The translations under genes were made by a program, and so were the position numbers. The notes beneath the pieces are model-generated. The model saw nothing but the letters and a program-made list of their open reading frames with translations. It was not told where the DNA came from and did no database searches. From Bacillota bacterium (GTDB taxonomy: Bacteria; Bacillota; Desulfotomaculia; Desulfotomaculales; Desulfocucumaceae): a DNA stretch of 64,000 nucleotides. The DNA is taken from positions 5,120 through 69,119 of the forward strand of contig JBMOPB010000013.1 in NCBI GenBank assembly GCA_049325055.1, in the 5' to 3' direction. Positions within the stretch are counted from its first letter, which is position 1. Each line of letters opens with the position of its first letter. Of this stretch, positions 44,527 through 54,037 are shown piece after piece.

Positions 44527-44682
44527 TTATCCCTTGGGGGCGAATGTTTGACACATGGTGTTGGCGGACTGGGAACATTTTTTATCTAATGTGCTGGAAA
44601 GTACCTCGATTCCTTCGGCATGGCATTCCATGTTGTTGTTGTACATACACTCCTCAACCTTGCAGGTTGACACTTTGGACAC
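44527..44682 (-). CDS. DUF1540-like cysteine-rich small protein (51 aa; below ORF-track cutoff)
   Basis: Hand translation gives VSKVSTCKVEECMYNNNMECHAEGIEVLSSTLDKKCSQSANTMCQTFAPKG. GGAGGTG RBS 6 nt before GTG 44682. The C.V..C.YN....C.A..I.V pattern is typical of DUF1540. Followed by its own terminator. Confidence 0.65.
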   Translation of the reverse strand: MSKVSTCKVEECMYNNNMECHAEGIEVLSSTLDKKCSQSANTMCQTFAPKG

Positions 44683-44927
44683 GTAATCACCTCCTGATGT
44701 AATATATTTTTATATTGCCCTTACGAACAGGGGTTATTCTACAAAAAAAATGGTCATAAGGTAATAATAATAACCGGTTGAAAACGGAGAAAATTGTCAT
44801 TTTAACAACAAAAAAAGAGGGAAAAATTGCTGCGGGTGGTATTAATACCTAAAAGCAAACAAAAAATTATAACTGTGATTTTAAGGGTATTGATAAATTT
44901 AAGTGGTAAAAAAACGGAGATATATTC

Positions 44928-45773
44928 ATGAACGTCAAAGCCCTGGCTAAAATTAACCTGTTCCTTGACGTGCTGGGTCTAAGGCCCGACGGGTACCACG
45001 AAATACTTACGGTCATGCAGGCCGTGGAACTTCATGATGTGCTGGGGGTGGAGGCGCTTACGGAGGGTGAAATACTGGTTGAAACCAGCGATCCCGAAAT
45101 TCCCCCGGGTCCCGGAAATATCGTTTTCAAGGCTGCCGATTTGCTTCGGAGGGAGTATGGCTCTACCCGGGGAGCAAAAATATTTATTGATAAAAACATC
45201 CCTTCTGCGGCGGGGCTGGCCGGGGGGTCCGCGGACGCAGCCGCAGCCTTAAGATGCCTTGATGCATTGTGGGAACTGAATGTGGGGGAGAAAAGCCTTA
45301 TGAGGCTGGGAGAAAAAATAGGATCCGATGTCCCGTTTTGCCTTGCGGGTAAAACCGCCCTGGCCAGGGGAAGAGGCGAAGATCTTACTCCCCTTGCGCC
45401 CTTTTCAGGTGTAGGAGTGGTTCTGGTCAAACCCCCTTTTGGTGTTTCCACTGCGGAAGTATACAGGAATTACGATACCCTGCCGGCCATCCCCGGGCCC
45501 GATGCCGGGGTCTTGATTAGAGCCCTGGATAAGCGGGATGTGGCGGCTGTGGCCCGGCTGATGTACAACGCCCTGGAGAGGGTTACAGTTTCCCTTCACC
45601 CCGAAATAAATGACATTAAAGAATCACTGGTGGCTGCCGGGGCGATAGGGTCCATGATGTCCGGCAGCGGTCCCACGGTTTTCGGGCTGTGCCCGGGTCC
45701 GGAGGAGGCGGCTTTGGTGGCGTCAAGGTTAAGGTTACCCGGCTGCAGGATTATAGCCACCGCCACGGTATGA
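44928..45773 (+). CDS. ispE: 4-diphosphocytidyl-2-C-methyl-D-erythritol kinase
   Basis: 281 aa. KINLFL N-terminus. GHMP kinase motif PSAAGLAGGSADAAA. Confidence 0.95.
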   Translation: MNVKALAKINLFLDVLGLRPDGYHEILTVMQAVELHDVLGVEALTEGEILVETSDPEIPPGPGNIVFKAADLLRREYGSTRGAKIFIDKNIPSAAGLAGGSADAAAALRCLDALWELNVGEKSLMRLGEKIGSDVPFCLAGKTALARGRGEDLTPLAPFSGVGVVLVKPPFGVSTAEVYRNYDTLPAIPGPDAGVLIRALDKRDVAAVARLMYNALERVTVSLHPEINDIKESLVAAGAIGSMMSGSGPTVFGLCPGPEEAALVASRLRLPGCRIIATATV

Positions 45774-45892
45774 ATTATAAGATTTGGGTTTTGAGGGTGG
45801 ATCACGGCATGCTCCTTGATTAGGGCACACTTGCAGTGTTTGTGAAGAGGGATTAAAATAATGATGGAGTATAATGGTAGGAGGAATCCAAG

Positions 45893-46576
45893 ATGGAACA
45901 GCCCCGACTGGTCCCAATAAGGCTGGACAACTACAAGCCCCTGCGGGAAATGGTATTTGAATCTCTACGGGAAGCGATCATCCAGGGCCGTTTAAAACCG
46001 GGCGAGCGTCTGATGGAAATGCAATTGGCCGAAGAGATGGGTGTAAGCAGGACACCGGTAAGGGAAGCCATCAGAAAACTTGAACTGGAAGGCTTTGTGG
46101 TGATGATTCCCCGCAAGGGAGCTTATGTGTCGGGGATATCGGTTAAAGACATCGTTGATGTTTTCGAGGTCAGGGCTGCCCTGGAGGCTCTTGCTGCAGG
46201 GTTGGCGGCAGAAAGGGTTACCGATAAGGAGCTGGAGGAACTGGAAAGGTCGCTGGTTCAGGCGACCGAGCTGGGTGATAAAGCCGAACTGGACGCCATA
46301 GTGGAAACAGACACCAATTTCCACGAGCTTATTTACAAGGCCTGCCGCAATGAGAGGCTGGTACAGATCGTTACCCACCTGAAGGAACAGATCCAGCGGT
46401 TTAGAACCACTTCACTTTCACAGCCGGGCCGCTCAAAGGACGCCCTTTATGAGCACCGGGCCATTGTTGAGGCCATCAGCGAGCGAAACACTGACCTGGC
46501 CCAGGCACTGGCCAGGGAGCATGTTGAAAACGCCGAGCAAAGCCTTTTAAACGCCTTGCGGGAGGCAAAGGAATAA
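45893..46576 (+). CDS. GntR-family (FadR/FCD subfamily) transcriptional regulator
   Basis: 227 aa. wHTH EMQLAEEMGVSRTPVREAIRKLELEG. Helical FCD C-domain. Confidence 0.9.
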   Translation: MEQPRLVPIRLDNYKPLREMVFESLREAIIQGRLKPGERLMEMQLAEEMGVSRTPVREAIRKLELEGFVVMIPRKGAYVSGISVKDIVDVFEVRAALEALAAGLAAERVTDKELEELERSLVQATELGDKAELDAIVETDTNFHELIYKACRNERLVQIVTHLKEQIQRFRTTSLSQPGRSKDALYEHRAIVEAISERNTDLAQALAREHVENAEQSLLNALREAKE

Positions 46577-47329
46577 ATGGTTGATGCGCTGGTTCTGGCC
46601 GGCAGCAGAAATGACGGCCCTTTAAAGCAATGCAGCTCTGTTCCCTATGAGGCCATGATAACCATTGGCCGCAAAGCGATGGTAGAATACGTTATTGACG
46701 CTCTAAAGAGCTGCAAGCGTATTGGAAGAATCGTTGTGGTGGGCCCCCCCGGTGTGCCGGGCTTCTGCGACCGGGACGACATTCAGGTTGTCAAGGCCGA
46801 GGGAAGTCTTATGGAGAATGTGGCCAGGGGGGTGAAGTACCTGCCCGGCGCCGAAAGGGTGCTTCTGGCCACCTGCGATATACCGCTCATAACTTCCCAG
46901 GCCATAGAGGATTTTTTGGACAAGTGCGGCAACAGGACCGCCGAAGTGTATTACCCCGTTGTGCCCAGGGAAGTGGTGGAGAAAAACTTCTTAAACGTAA
47001 GACGAACATATGTTACCCTGAAGGAAGGGGACTTCACAGGGGGCAACCTTTTCCTCATTGACCCCGGGGCGGTCAACCGGTGCATGGAAATGGGACAGCA
47101 GCTGGTTGACGCCAGGAAAAGCCCAATTCGCCTCAGCAGACTGATGGGCGTTCCTTTCCTGTTGAAATTTATGCTGCGGATGGTGACTCTCAAGGAGGCC
47201 GAGGAAAAGGCTTCGGCGCTTCTGGGAGTTGAGGGGGCCGTGGTGGTTACCACTTACCCGGAAGTTGGTGTTGACGTGGATAAGCCCAGCGACCTGGAAC
47301 TGGTGAGCAAAGTGCTGGATACCGCCTGA
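46577..47329 (+). CDS. MobA-like NTP-transferase domain protein
   Basis: 250 aa. N-terminal LVLAGSRNDGPL nucleotide-binding loop. Start abuts the GntR stop (TAAATG). Confidence 0.65.
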   Translation: MVDALVLAGSRNDGPLKQCSSVPYEAMITIGRKAMVEYVIDALKSCKRIGRIVVVGPPGVPGFCDRDDIQVVKAEGSLMENVARGVKYLPGAERVLLATCDIPLITSQAIEDFLDKCGNRTAEVYYPVVPREVVEKNFLNVRRTYVTLKEGDFTGGNLFLIDPGAVNRCMEMGQQLVDARKSPIRLSRLMGVPFLLKFMLRMVTLKEAEEKASALLGVEGAVVVTTYPEVGVDVDKPSDLELVSKVLDTA

Positions 47330-47444
47330 GGGTCGGTTTCTTTACCGGCGGCAAATATATTTGTGGAATTAGCTTTATGCTAATTCCTTCTTAATTTTGA
47401 ATCCATTTCTCACTTTTGTTAAACAAGAAACGGGAGGTCTCCTG

Positions 47445-48662
47445 GTGAACAGAAAGGAATTTGCGGTTGACAAGGTGATCGAAGCCAGGAACAGGATGGC
47501 CGGCGTTATTCATGTAACACCGCTGGACTATTCCCGAACCTTTAGCAACATGACCGGCGCCAATTTATACCTCAAACTGGAAAACATGCAGAAAACAGGG
47601 TCTTTTAAAATCAGGGGGGCATATAACAAAATCAGTACCCTGTCGGCGGTGGAAAGGTCAAGGGGCGTGATTGCGGCCTCGGCCGGTAATCACGCTCAGG
47701 GAGTGGCCTACGCTGCGGCCAGCTGGGGTATAAAGGCCACCATTGTAATGCCCGAAGGATCTCCCATAACAAAAATAATGGCCAGCAGGGGCTATGGCGC
47801 TGACGTTATACTTTCCGGCAAGGATTACGATGAGGCTTTTGAGGCGGCCAAAGAGATTCAAAAAAAATCCGGTGCAACGTATATTCACGGTTTTGACGAT
47901 ATTGACATCATAGCCGGGCAGGGGACTTTAGGGCTGGAGATCCTTGAACAGCTGCCGGACGTTGACGTAGTGGTTGTCCCCGTGGGCGGCGGCGGTCTTT
48001 TGGGCGGAATTTCCTTTGCCCTGAAAACACTCAGGCCCCGGGTAAAGGTTTATGGTGTCCAGTCCTCCGGTGCTCCGGCGGTTTATCTTTACCGTAAATC
48101 CGGGGAGATTAAGGAGCTGCCTGTGTCGGGAACTATTGCCGAGGGGATAAACGTGCGCCGGCCGGGTAATATTACCATTGATCTGATAAATAAATACGTT
48201 GACGACGTGGTGCTGGTGGACGACGAGGAAATATCCCGTACCATACTGATGCTTCTGGAACGCAACAAGGTGGTGTCCGAGGGCGCCGGGGCGGCCGCCC
48301 TGGCGTCGCTTCTTCACGGCAGGCTTAACCTGGACGGTCTTAACGTGGTGTCGGTGATTAGCGGGGGAAACATTGATGTCAACATGCTGTCCAATATCAT
48401 CGAAAGGGGCCTTGTCAAGTCCGGTCGGCGCTTGCGTATAAGGACAGTGATTTCAGACCGGCCGGGCAGCCTCCAGAAAATTGTTTCACTGGTGGCGTCG
48501 CAAGAGGTCAATATAATTTCTATTGTCCATGACCGGTCGAGGCCAAAGGTGCCCATCAGGGACGCCGAAGTGGAATTTATACTGGAGACAATGGACTGGG
48601 ATCACATTGACAGCGTGGTCAAGAGCCTTGAAAAGGCCGGCTATTCCCTGGAGGTATTGTAG
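47445..48662 (+). CDS. ilvA: Threonine ammonia-lyase (PLP-dependent, single ACT-like C-domain)
   Basis: ORF 47397-48662. GTG 47445 after GGGAGG. PLP-lysine motif QKTGSFKIRGA. GGGGL glycine loop. C-terminal regulatory domain. Confidence 0.88.
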   Translation: MNRKEFAVDKVIEARNRMAGVIHVTPLDYSRTFSNMTGANLYLKLENMQKTGSFKIRGAYNKISTLSAVERSRGVIAASAGNHAQGVAYAAASWGIKATIVMPEGSPITKIMASRGYGADVILSGKDYDEAFEAAKEIQKKSGATYIHGFDDIDIIAGQGTLGLEILEQLPDVDVVVVPVGGGGLLGGISFALKTLRPRVKVYGVQSSGAPAVYLYRKSGEIKELPVSGTIAEGINVRRPGNITIDLINKYVDDVVLVDDEEISRTILMLLERNKVVSEGAGAAALASLLHGRLNLDGLNVVSVISGGNIDVNMLSNIIERGLVKSGRRLRIRTVISDRPGSLQKIVSLVASQEVNIISIVHDRSRPKVPIRDAEVEFILETMDWDHIDSVVKSLEKAGYSLEVL

Positions 48663-48780
48663 CCGTGCAAAGTGCTTTAGTATCTGAAATCTGCAAATTG
48701 GCGATCCAAACCCGCGAATAAATGCTCATTGTATAGTTTATTATATTTAAGGAATATTTTTCATATTGAACTGGAAAAAT

Positions 48781-48807
48781 GAAGGAATTTTTTTTTCGAT
48801 GGAGAAT
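48781..48807 (+). promoter_or_regulatory. Candidate sigma-H-type promoter of spoVG
   Basis: GAAGGAATT (-35-like RWAGGAXXT), 13 nt spacer, AGAAT (-10-like). Consensus recalled from B. subtilis. Confidence 0.35.
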
Positions 48808-48860
48808 TCAATCAAAATCATTATTGTTAAAAACTATGAAAAAGGAAGGTGGTGAGGGGA

Positions 48861-49115
48861 TTGGTGGTAACCGACGTAAGGGTGCGTAAAATTTTGTCGG
48901 AAGGTAAAATGAAGGCAATAGTTTCGGTTACACTTGATGATATGTTTGTAATACATGACGTCAAGGTGGTTGAAGGACAAAACGGGCTGTTTGTTGCTAT
49001 GCCCAGCAGGAAAACTCCGGACGGCGAATTCAGAGACATAGCGCATCCCATCACATCTTCTGCCCGGGAAGTTATACAAAATGCTGTTTTACAGGCCTAT
49101 GAGGCAGCAATATAA
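48861..49115 (+). CDS. spoVG: Septation/sporulation regulator SpoVG
   Basis: ORF 48849-49115. (M)[55 protein letters not shown] closely parallels B. subtilis SpoVG. Start TTG 48861 or GTG 48849/48864. Confidence 0.93.
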   Translation: MVVTDVRVRKILSEGKMKAIVSVTLDDMFVIHDVKVVEGQNGLFVAMPSRKTPDGEFRDIAHPITSSAREVIQNAVLQAYEAAI

Positions 49116-49258
49116 CATTATATGGTCAAACATCAAGGGAGCTTAAGGCTCTCTTTTTGTGTGAAAACTCAAAAAATAGTTAATGCTAAAGGGAAATCTC
49201 GATTTTTGTTGAATTAAAGAGTTTGGGTTTAAAAAAGACTGGAAAGGCGGACTGGGAA

Positions 49259-50641
49259 ATGGGCCTGGCAACCGTTATCCTTGCTGCTGGTAAAGGCACA
49301 AGAATGAAATCTGAGTTGCCAAAGGTTTTGCATAAGGTATGCGGTGTGCCTATGATTAATCATGTGCTGAAGGCGGCAAGGGATGCCGGGTCCGAAAGGA
49401 TCGTGGCAGTGGTCGGTTTTGGCGGGGATCTGGTGGCACAGGCGGTGGATGGGCAGGCAGAGATAGCTTTGCAGCTTGAACAGCTTGGCACCGCTCACGC
49501 CCTTCATCAGGCAGCCGGCCCTTTAAAAGATTATAAGGGCGACATACTGGTGCTTTGCGGTGATACCCCGCTGATCTTGGCAGACACACTGAAGACGCTT
49601 ATCTCGGTACACCGGGAAAGCGGCGCGTCGGCCACTGTTCTTACGGCCGAGCCGGACAACCCCGCGGGCTACGGCAGGATAATAAGAAATGCCGGCGGGA
49701 CGGTGGAAAGGATTGTTGAGCAAAAGGACGCCTCCCCGGAAGAGCTGCTGGTCAGAGAAATCAATACCGGAATATACTGCTTTAAATCCGCCGGGCTTTT
49801 CGAGGATCTGGCACAGATAAAGCCGGACAATGCCCAGGGGGAGTATTACCTCCCGGACCTGGTGGGAAAATTCGTGGGGGAAGGCAGGGTGGTATCCGCT
49901 GTTTCGGGAGCTGACCCTGTTGAAATAATGGGAGTGAATGACCGCTGCCAGTTGGCCCTTGCCCAGTCTTCCATGAGGAAAAGGGTCAACAGGGAACTGA
50001 TGCTTTCAGGAGTAACCATAATTGACCCGGACAATGTCTTCATTGACGCCGGTGTAATCATAGGCAGGGATACCGTCATTTATCCGGGCGCCATCATTGA
50101 GGGTGATACGGTAATCGGGGAAGGATGTGAAATTGGTCCTTTTACCCGGATTATTTCCGCCCGTATAAAAGATAACGTCACTGTAAGGCAGTCCGTTGTT
50201 GAAGACAGTGAGATCGGCAGCAACTGTACTATCGGCCCGTACTCATACATCAGGCCCGGCTGCAGGCTTTTCGAACGTGTCAAGGTGGGGGATTTTGTTG
50301 AACTGAAAAAGGCCGAGATAGGCAGCGGCAGCAAGGTCCCGCATCTCAGTTACGTGGGGGATGCGGTCCTTGGGCAAAATGTAAATGTGGGGGCCGGAAC
50401 CATCACCTGTAACTATGACGGTGAGAAAAAATGGAAGACGATTATCGGGGACAATGCATTTATCGGCAGCAACACAAACCTGGTGGCCCCGGTAAGGGTG
50501 GGTGATGGAGCGGTGACAGGCGCCGGTTCCACCATCACCAAGGATGTTCCGGATCATGCCCTGGGGGTAACCAGGGATCCGCAAAAGATTATACCAAACT
50601 GGTCCCGCAGGAAAAGAGCCCCAAAAGAAGAAGACAAGTGA
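49259..50641 (+). CDS. glmU: Bifunctional UDP-N-acetylglucosamine pyrophosphorylase / glucosamine-1-phosphate N-acetyltransferase
   Basis: ORF 49223-50641. [11 protein letters not shown] motif. C-terminal left-handed beta-helix hexapeptide repeats. Confidence 0.95.
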   Translation: MGLATVILAAGKGTRMKSELPKVLHKVCGVPMINHVLKAARDAGSERIVAVVGFGGDLVAQAVDGQAEIALQLEQLGTAHALHQAAGPLKDYKGDILVLCGDTPLILADTLKTLISVHRESGASATVLTAEPDNPAGYGRIIRNAGGTVERIVEQKDASPEELLVREINTGIYCFKSAGLFEDLAQIKPDNAQGEYYLPDLVGKFVGEGRVVSAVSGADPVEIMGVNDRCQLALAQSSMRKRVNRELMLSGVTIIDPDNVFIDAGVIIGRDTVIYPGAIIEGDTVIGEGCEIGPFTRIISARIKDNVTVRQSVVEDSEIGSNCTIGPYSYIRPGCRLFERVKVGDFVELKKAEIGSGSKVPHLSYVGDAVLGQNVNVGAGTITCNYDGEKKWKTIIGDNAFIGSNTNLVAPVRVGDGAVTGAGSTITKDVPDHALGVTRDPQKIIPNWSRRKRAPKEEDK

Positions 50642-50663
50642 GATGAGTACGGAGGTATCTTCC

Positions 50664-51611
50664 ATGACATCCCGCAGAAGGTTAAAGATTTTTACCGGTA
50701 ACTCCAATCCCCGTCTGGCCGAGGAAATAGCCCAGTATCTCGGAGTTTCGGTGGGTTCTGCCAAGGTTGGCCGCTTCAGCGACGGTGAAATACAGGTAAA
50801 AATAAATGAAAGCGTAAGGGGAGCGGACGTATTTATAATCCAGCCCACCAACACTCCAGTAAATGAGCATCTTATGGAACTGCTCATAATGGTTGACGCG
50901 GTCAGGAGGGCTTCAGCCAGAAGAATAACGGCCGTTCTGCCCTATTATGGCTATGCCCGCCAGGACCGCAAGGCAAGGGCCAGGGATCCCATCACGGCGA
51001 AGCTGGTGGCGAACCTGCTCCACGCCAGCGGCGCCAGGAGGGTAATAACCATGGACCTTCACGCGGGACAGATTCAGGGTTTTTTCGATATACCCGTAGA
51101 TCACCTGCCATGTGTGCCCATTCTGGCCCAATACTTTATTCAGCAAAAACTAAATGACCTGACAGTTGTTTCTCCGGACCTGGGCGGGGTCACAAGGGCC
51201 AGGGATCTGGCAGAGCGCATCGGGGCGCCCATAGCCATTATCGACAAGCGCCGCCCCGAGCCCAACGTGGCGGAGATTATGAATATTATCGGGGAAATAA
51301 AGGACCGGAATGTGATAATGATTGACGACATCATAGATACCGGCGGAACCATTACCCAGGGGGCGAAGGCGCTGAAACAATGGGGGGCAAAGGACATATA
51401 CATCTGCTGCACCCACCCGGTCTTAAGCGGCCCGGCCTTGAAACGACTGGAGGAGGCCCCGGTAAAGGAAGTGCTGGTGACCAACACCATTCACGTTCCA
51501 GCGGAAAAGGTTATCCCCAAAATGAAGATTCTTTCGGTGGCTCCGCTTCTTGGTGAGGCCATTATAAGGATTCATGAGGACCTGAGCGTAAGCAAACTTT
51601 TTGATACCTAG
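50664..51611 (+). CDS. prs: Ribose-phosphate pyrophosphokinase
   Basis: ORF 50643-51611. ATG 50664 after GGAGGT. ARQDRK motif. PRPP-binding loop [12 protein letters not shown]. Confidence 0.95.
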   Translation: MTSRRRLKIFTGNSNPRLAEEIAQYLGVSVGSAKVGRFSDGEIQVKINESVRGADVFIIQPTNTPVNEHLMELLIMVDAVRRASARRITAVLPYYGYARQDRKARARDPITAKLVANLLHASGARRVITMDLHAGQIQGFFDIPVDHLPCVPILAQYFIQQKLNDLTVVSPDLGGVTRARDLAERIGAPIAIIDKRRPEPNVAEIMNIIGEIKDRNVIMIDDIIDTGGTITQGAKALKQWGAKDIYICCTHPVLSGPALKRLEEAPVKEVLVTNTIHVPAEKVIPKMKILSVAPLLGEAIIRIHEDLSVSKLFDT

Positions 51612-51616
51612 CAGAT

Positions 51617-51649
51617 TAAAAAAGATCTCCGGAATGGAGATCTTTTTTC
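51617..51649. terminator. Bidirectional terminator between prs and the convergent PRC-barrel gene
   Basis: Stem AGATCTCC/GGAGATCT flanked by A5 and T6 runs. Confidence 0.7.
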
Positions 51650-52494
51650 TAGTTTTCTTTACGGGACTGGTCGCTGTTGGCGCCGATGTCCTCGGGGGGC
51701 TTGAGAATCTGGGGTTCGGCAGTATCCGGATCTTCCTTTGTTTTAAAGGGTTCTTCCTGGTGGTGTTCTTCTTCATGGTGGCCGCAACTGCAGGTTCCGC
51801 CGCGAGATTTACCGTTGTTTTCAGCGGATGCCTCTTCGATTTCGTTGTCCCCGTTTGATTTCTTTTCCTTTCTTAATTTTTCAATGGACTGATTGATACT
51901 TCTTCCCAAATCTTTTGTTTTCTGGAATGTGGATCCAAAAAAGTGTCCGGTGTTCTCGCGGAAATTCCTGAGAGCTTCCTGCAGCCCCCCGTCCATCTTA
52001 ACTATATTGTCAATGGAAGAGTTGCTGCAGATTATAATGGATGTTCCCAGGGTGCGGACATAGTTTATATCCAGAAATGCGCTGCCCTTGAAAAGATTGT
52101 TTACCGTTCCGCCGGAAAACTCCAGGCCAACAATATCTCCGGTCTGCAGGTCCACATAGTACTCTTCCACCAAGCCCAGTACAGCCCCGTTTTCCGCCAC
52201 GAGCCGGGAGCCGATAATGTTAACCTTATCCTTGAAAAGCTTCAGTATTTCCGGGAGGCTGGTGCCTTTTTCCGCCCGGTTTACCCGGTCGATGGTGATT
52301 ACATCCTCGCCGATGCTGTGTACCTTGCTGAAGGGGACGAATTTTTGCTCCCTGAACCAGCCTTTTTGCTCTATTATCAGGGCGGCCACATTTTTAAGGG
52401 CGGGGTTGATCACCAATCCCCTTACCGATCCGATCTGCTGGCCCTCCTCCAGGCTCACCACGGACATGCCCTGAAACTGCTTGCTTTTGCGCAA
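51649..52494 (-). CDS. PRC-barrel domain protein (two PRC barrels) with charged His/Cys-rich tail
   Basis: 281 aa, TTG start 7 nt after GAGGGGGG. Two G..V......G..(I/L)G.V..L(V/Y)(I/V) PRC-like segments. Tail CSCGHHEEEHHQEE. Confidence 0.65.
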   Translation of the reverse strand: MRKSKQFQGMSVVSLEEGQQIGSVRGLVINPALKNVAALIIEQKGWFREQKFVPFSKVHSIGEDVITIDRVNRAEKGTSLPEILKLFKDKVNIIGSRLVAENGAVLGLVEEYYVDLQTGDIVGLEFSGGTVNNLFKGSAFLDINYVRTLGTSIIICSNSSIDNIVKMDGGLQEALRNFRENTGHFFGSTFQKTKDLGRSINQSIEKLRKEKKSNGDNEIEEASAENNGKSRGGTCSCGHHEEEHHQEEPFKTKEDPDTAEPQILKPPEDIGANSDQSRKEN

Positions 52495-52679
52495 ATATTG
52501 ACCCCCCTCTTATCAGAATACAAAATTTAACCGGCCGGAATTCAAATCCGGACTGCTGAATTTTGACTCTGGGAAGTTTATTTATCTACATCTATTGCTA
52601 TGCTTCCATAGGGTTTTTTATGACAAATTAAGGGAATACTAAACCTTAAAAGTTATGAAAAAAGTTCGGAGGTAATATT

Positions 52680-53294
52680 ATGGCCGGTTACAATCTGGAA
52701 GCGTCTGTCCGTAAAAATATGACCAAGAGTTACCGCAAAAGACTTTACAGCAAAGGGATGGTGCCTGCTGTTCTTTACGGTAAAAATATCGGAAGTTTGC
52801 CCCTGGAGGTTTCTGAGAAAGAACTGCAGGACGCCTTGCACACAGGTAAGAACAAAATCATCAACCTTGAGGTTTCAGGCAATGGCGGGCCCTACAAGGT
52901 AATGGTAAGGGAAATGCAGTTTGACCCACTGAAAAAAGAAATAATACACGCGGATTTCCAGCAGATCTCAATGCGTGACAGGATACACACCTCGGTGCCG
53001 GTGGTTGTTTACGGGGAGGTTGACGAGGGGCTGGCCCAGGTTGTTTTAAGACGCCTTGAGATTTCATGCCTCCCCGCCGACATACCCGACCAAATCACCG
53101 TTGACATATCCGGCATGAGTCCGGGCGACAGCCTGTCGGTTATCGATCTTGACATACCCGGAGGTATAAACGTTTTAACCGACATGGACTCCACCGTGGT
53201 TACCGTTCTGTCTCCGGAAGAGGAGGTTGGGGAGAAGGCCTCCGAGGCGGAAGACACCCCCAAGGATAACGGGGAAGATAAAGAGGAGAAATAA
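52680..53294 (+). CDS. rplY: 50S ribosomal protein L25 / general stress protein Ctc
   Basis: 204 aa. R....K...R.LR..G..PAV.YG N-terminus. Acidic C-terminal tail. prs-ctc-pth synteny. Confidence 0.92.
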   Translation: MAGYNLEASVRKNMTKSYRKRLYSKGMVPAVLYGKNIGSLPLEVSEKELQDALHTGKNKIINLEVSGNGGPYKVMVREMQFDPLKKEIIHADFQQISMRDRIHTSVPVVVYGEVDEGLAQVVLRRLEISCLPADIPDQITVDISGMSPGDSLSVIDLDIPGGINVLTDMDSTVVTVLSPEEEVGEKASEAEDTPKDNGEDKEEK

Positions 53295-53424
53295 CAACTA
53301 AATTGAAAATATCTCACGTCTGAATCCACAATCCGGAATAAAGCCGGCAAAGTCTGTTAATTATCACCAATTGCCTGCCCCCGGCATATTTTGTATCACA
53401 GAAATAAAAAAAGGGGGCTATTTT

Positions 53425-53874
53425 ATGTCCGATGAAAAAGATAGAGTGGAGGCCAAGGTTGAGGGTGTCGATGTATCCGGCTACATGCCCGGTCCTATAG
53501 GCCCTGTGTTGCCAACCATGTGTCCTCCGGATCCACCCAAAGACGAAAAGCATATGATGGATATGTTCATCCATAAGCTGAAGTCACTGAAAGGGCTGGA
53601 GGTAACCATTTATGTCATGGGCATGGGTCCTGTTGGCGCTGTTCCGCTGATTCCTCCTGGTGGAACCGGTGTTGTGCCTGCCACCGGAACCATGGGTATT
53701 ACCGGAATGCTCCACAGTGTGGGGATGGACTATATTGAACTCCATGTAATGATGGGAGGAAATATGCGTGTGGTGCTTGTCCCCGTGATGGCGATAGCGG
53801 CCGTTGCGCCCGGCGGGCCACTTTTCCCTGAAGTTCAGCCCGAAGTGGTGACCACCGTACCGGGAATACTGTAA
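53425..53874 (+). CDS. Hypothetical G/P/M/V-rich protein
   Basis: ORF 53371-53874. ATG 53425 follows AAGGGGG. The C-half (GMLHSVGMDYIELHV..GGNMRVVLVPV.AIAAV) is faintly DUF2642/Lsm-like. No firm assignment. Confidence 0.45.
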   Translation: MSDEKDRVEAKVEGVDVSGYMPGPIGPVLPTMCPPDPPKDEKHMMDMFIHKLKSLKGLEVTIYVMGMGPVGAVPLIPPGGTGVVPATGTMGITGMLHSVGMDYIELHVMMGGNMRVVLVPVMAIAAVAPGGPLFPEVQPEVVTTVPGIL

Positions 53875-53882
53875 AACCGGCA

Positions 53883-53915
53883 AAAGCCCCCTCCTCAAAG
53901 GGGGCTTATTATTTT
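53883..53915 (+). terminator. Rho-independent terminator
   Basis: Stem AAGCCCCCT/AGGGGGCTT followed by ATTATTTT. Confidence 0.65.
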
Positions 53916-54037
53916 ACAGGGATAAAATGATCCGGCCGGGAGGCAATGCAAGGTTGAAAAAGCCGGCAAAAACAGGTTAAAATAGGCCTGTCGGTTAGTA
54001 AATCTATTTAATCAACCACCGTAATGGAGGAATTATT

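Noticed and set aside
32903-44700. Prophage or skin-like intervening element interpretation of the recombinase-linked block
   Set aside because: No capsid, terminase, portal, tail, lysis or replication genes are present. The flanking genes (LysR, yabG, ispE) appear intact, so no split host gene is evident. I keep it only as a hypothesis to test under findings.
50243-50887. 214-aa minus-strand ORF across the glmU/prs junction
   Set aside because: It is antisense to two highly conserved genes and has no independent support.
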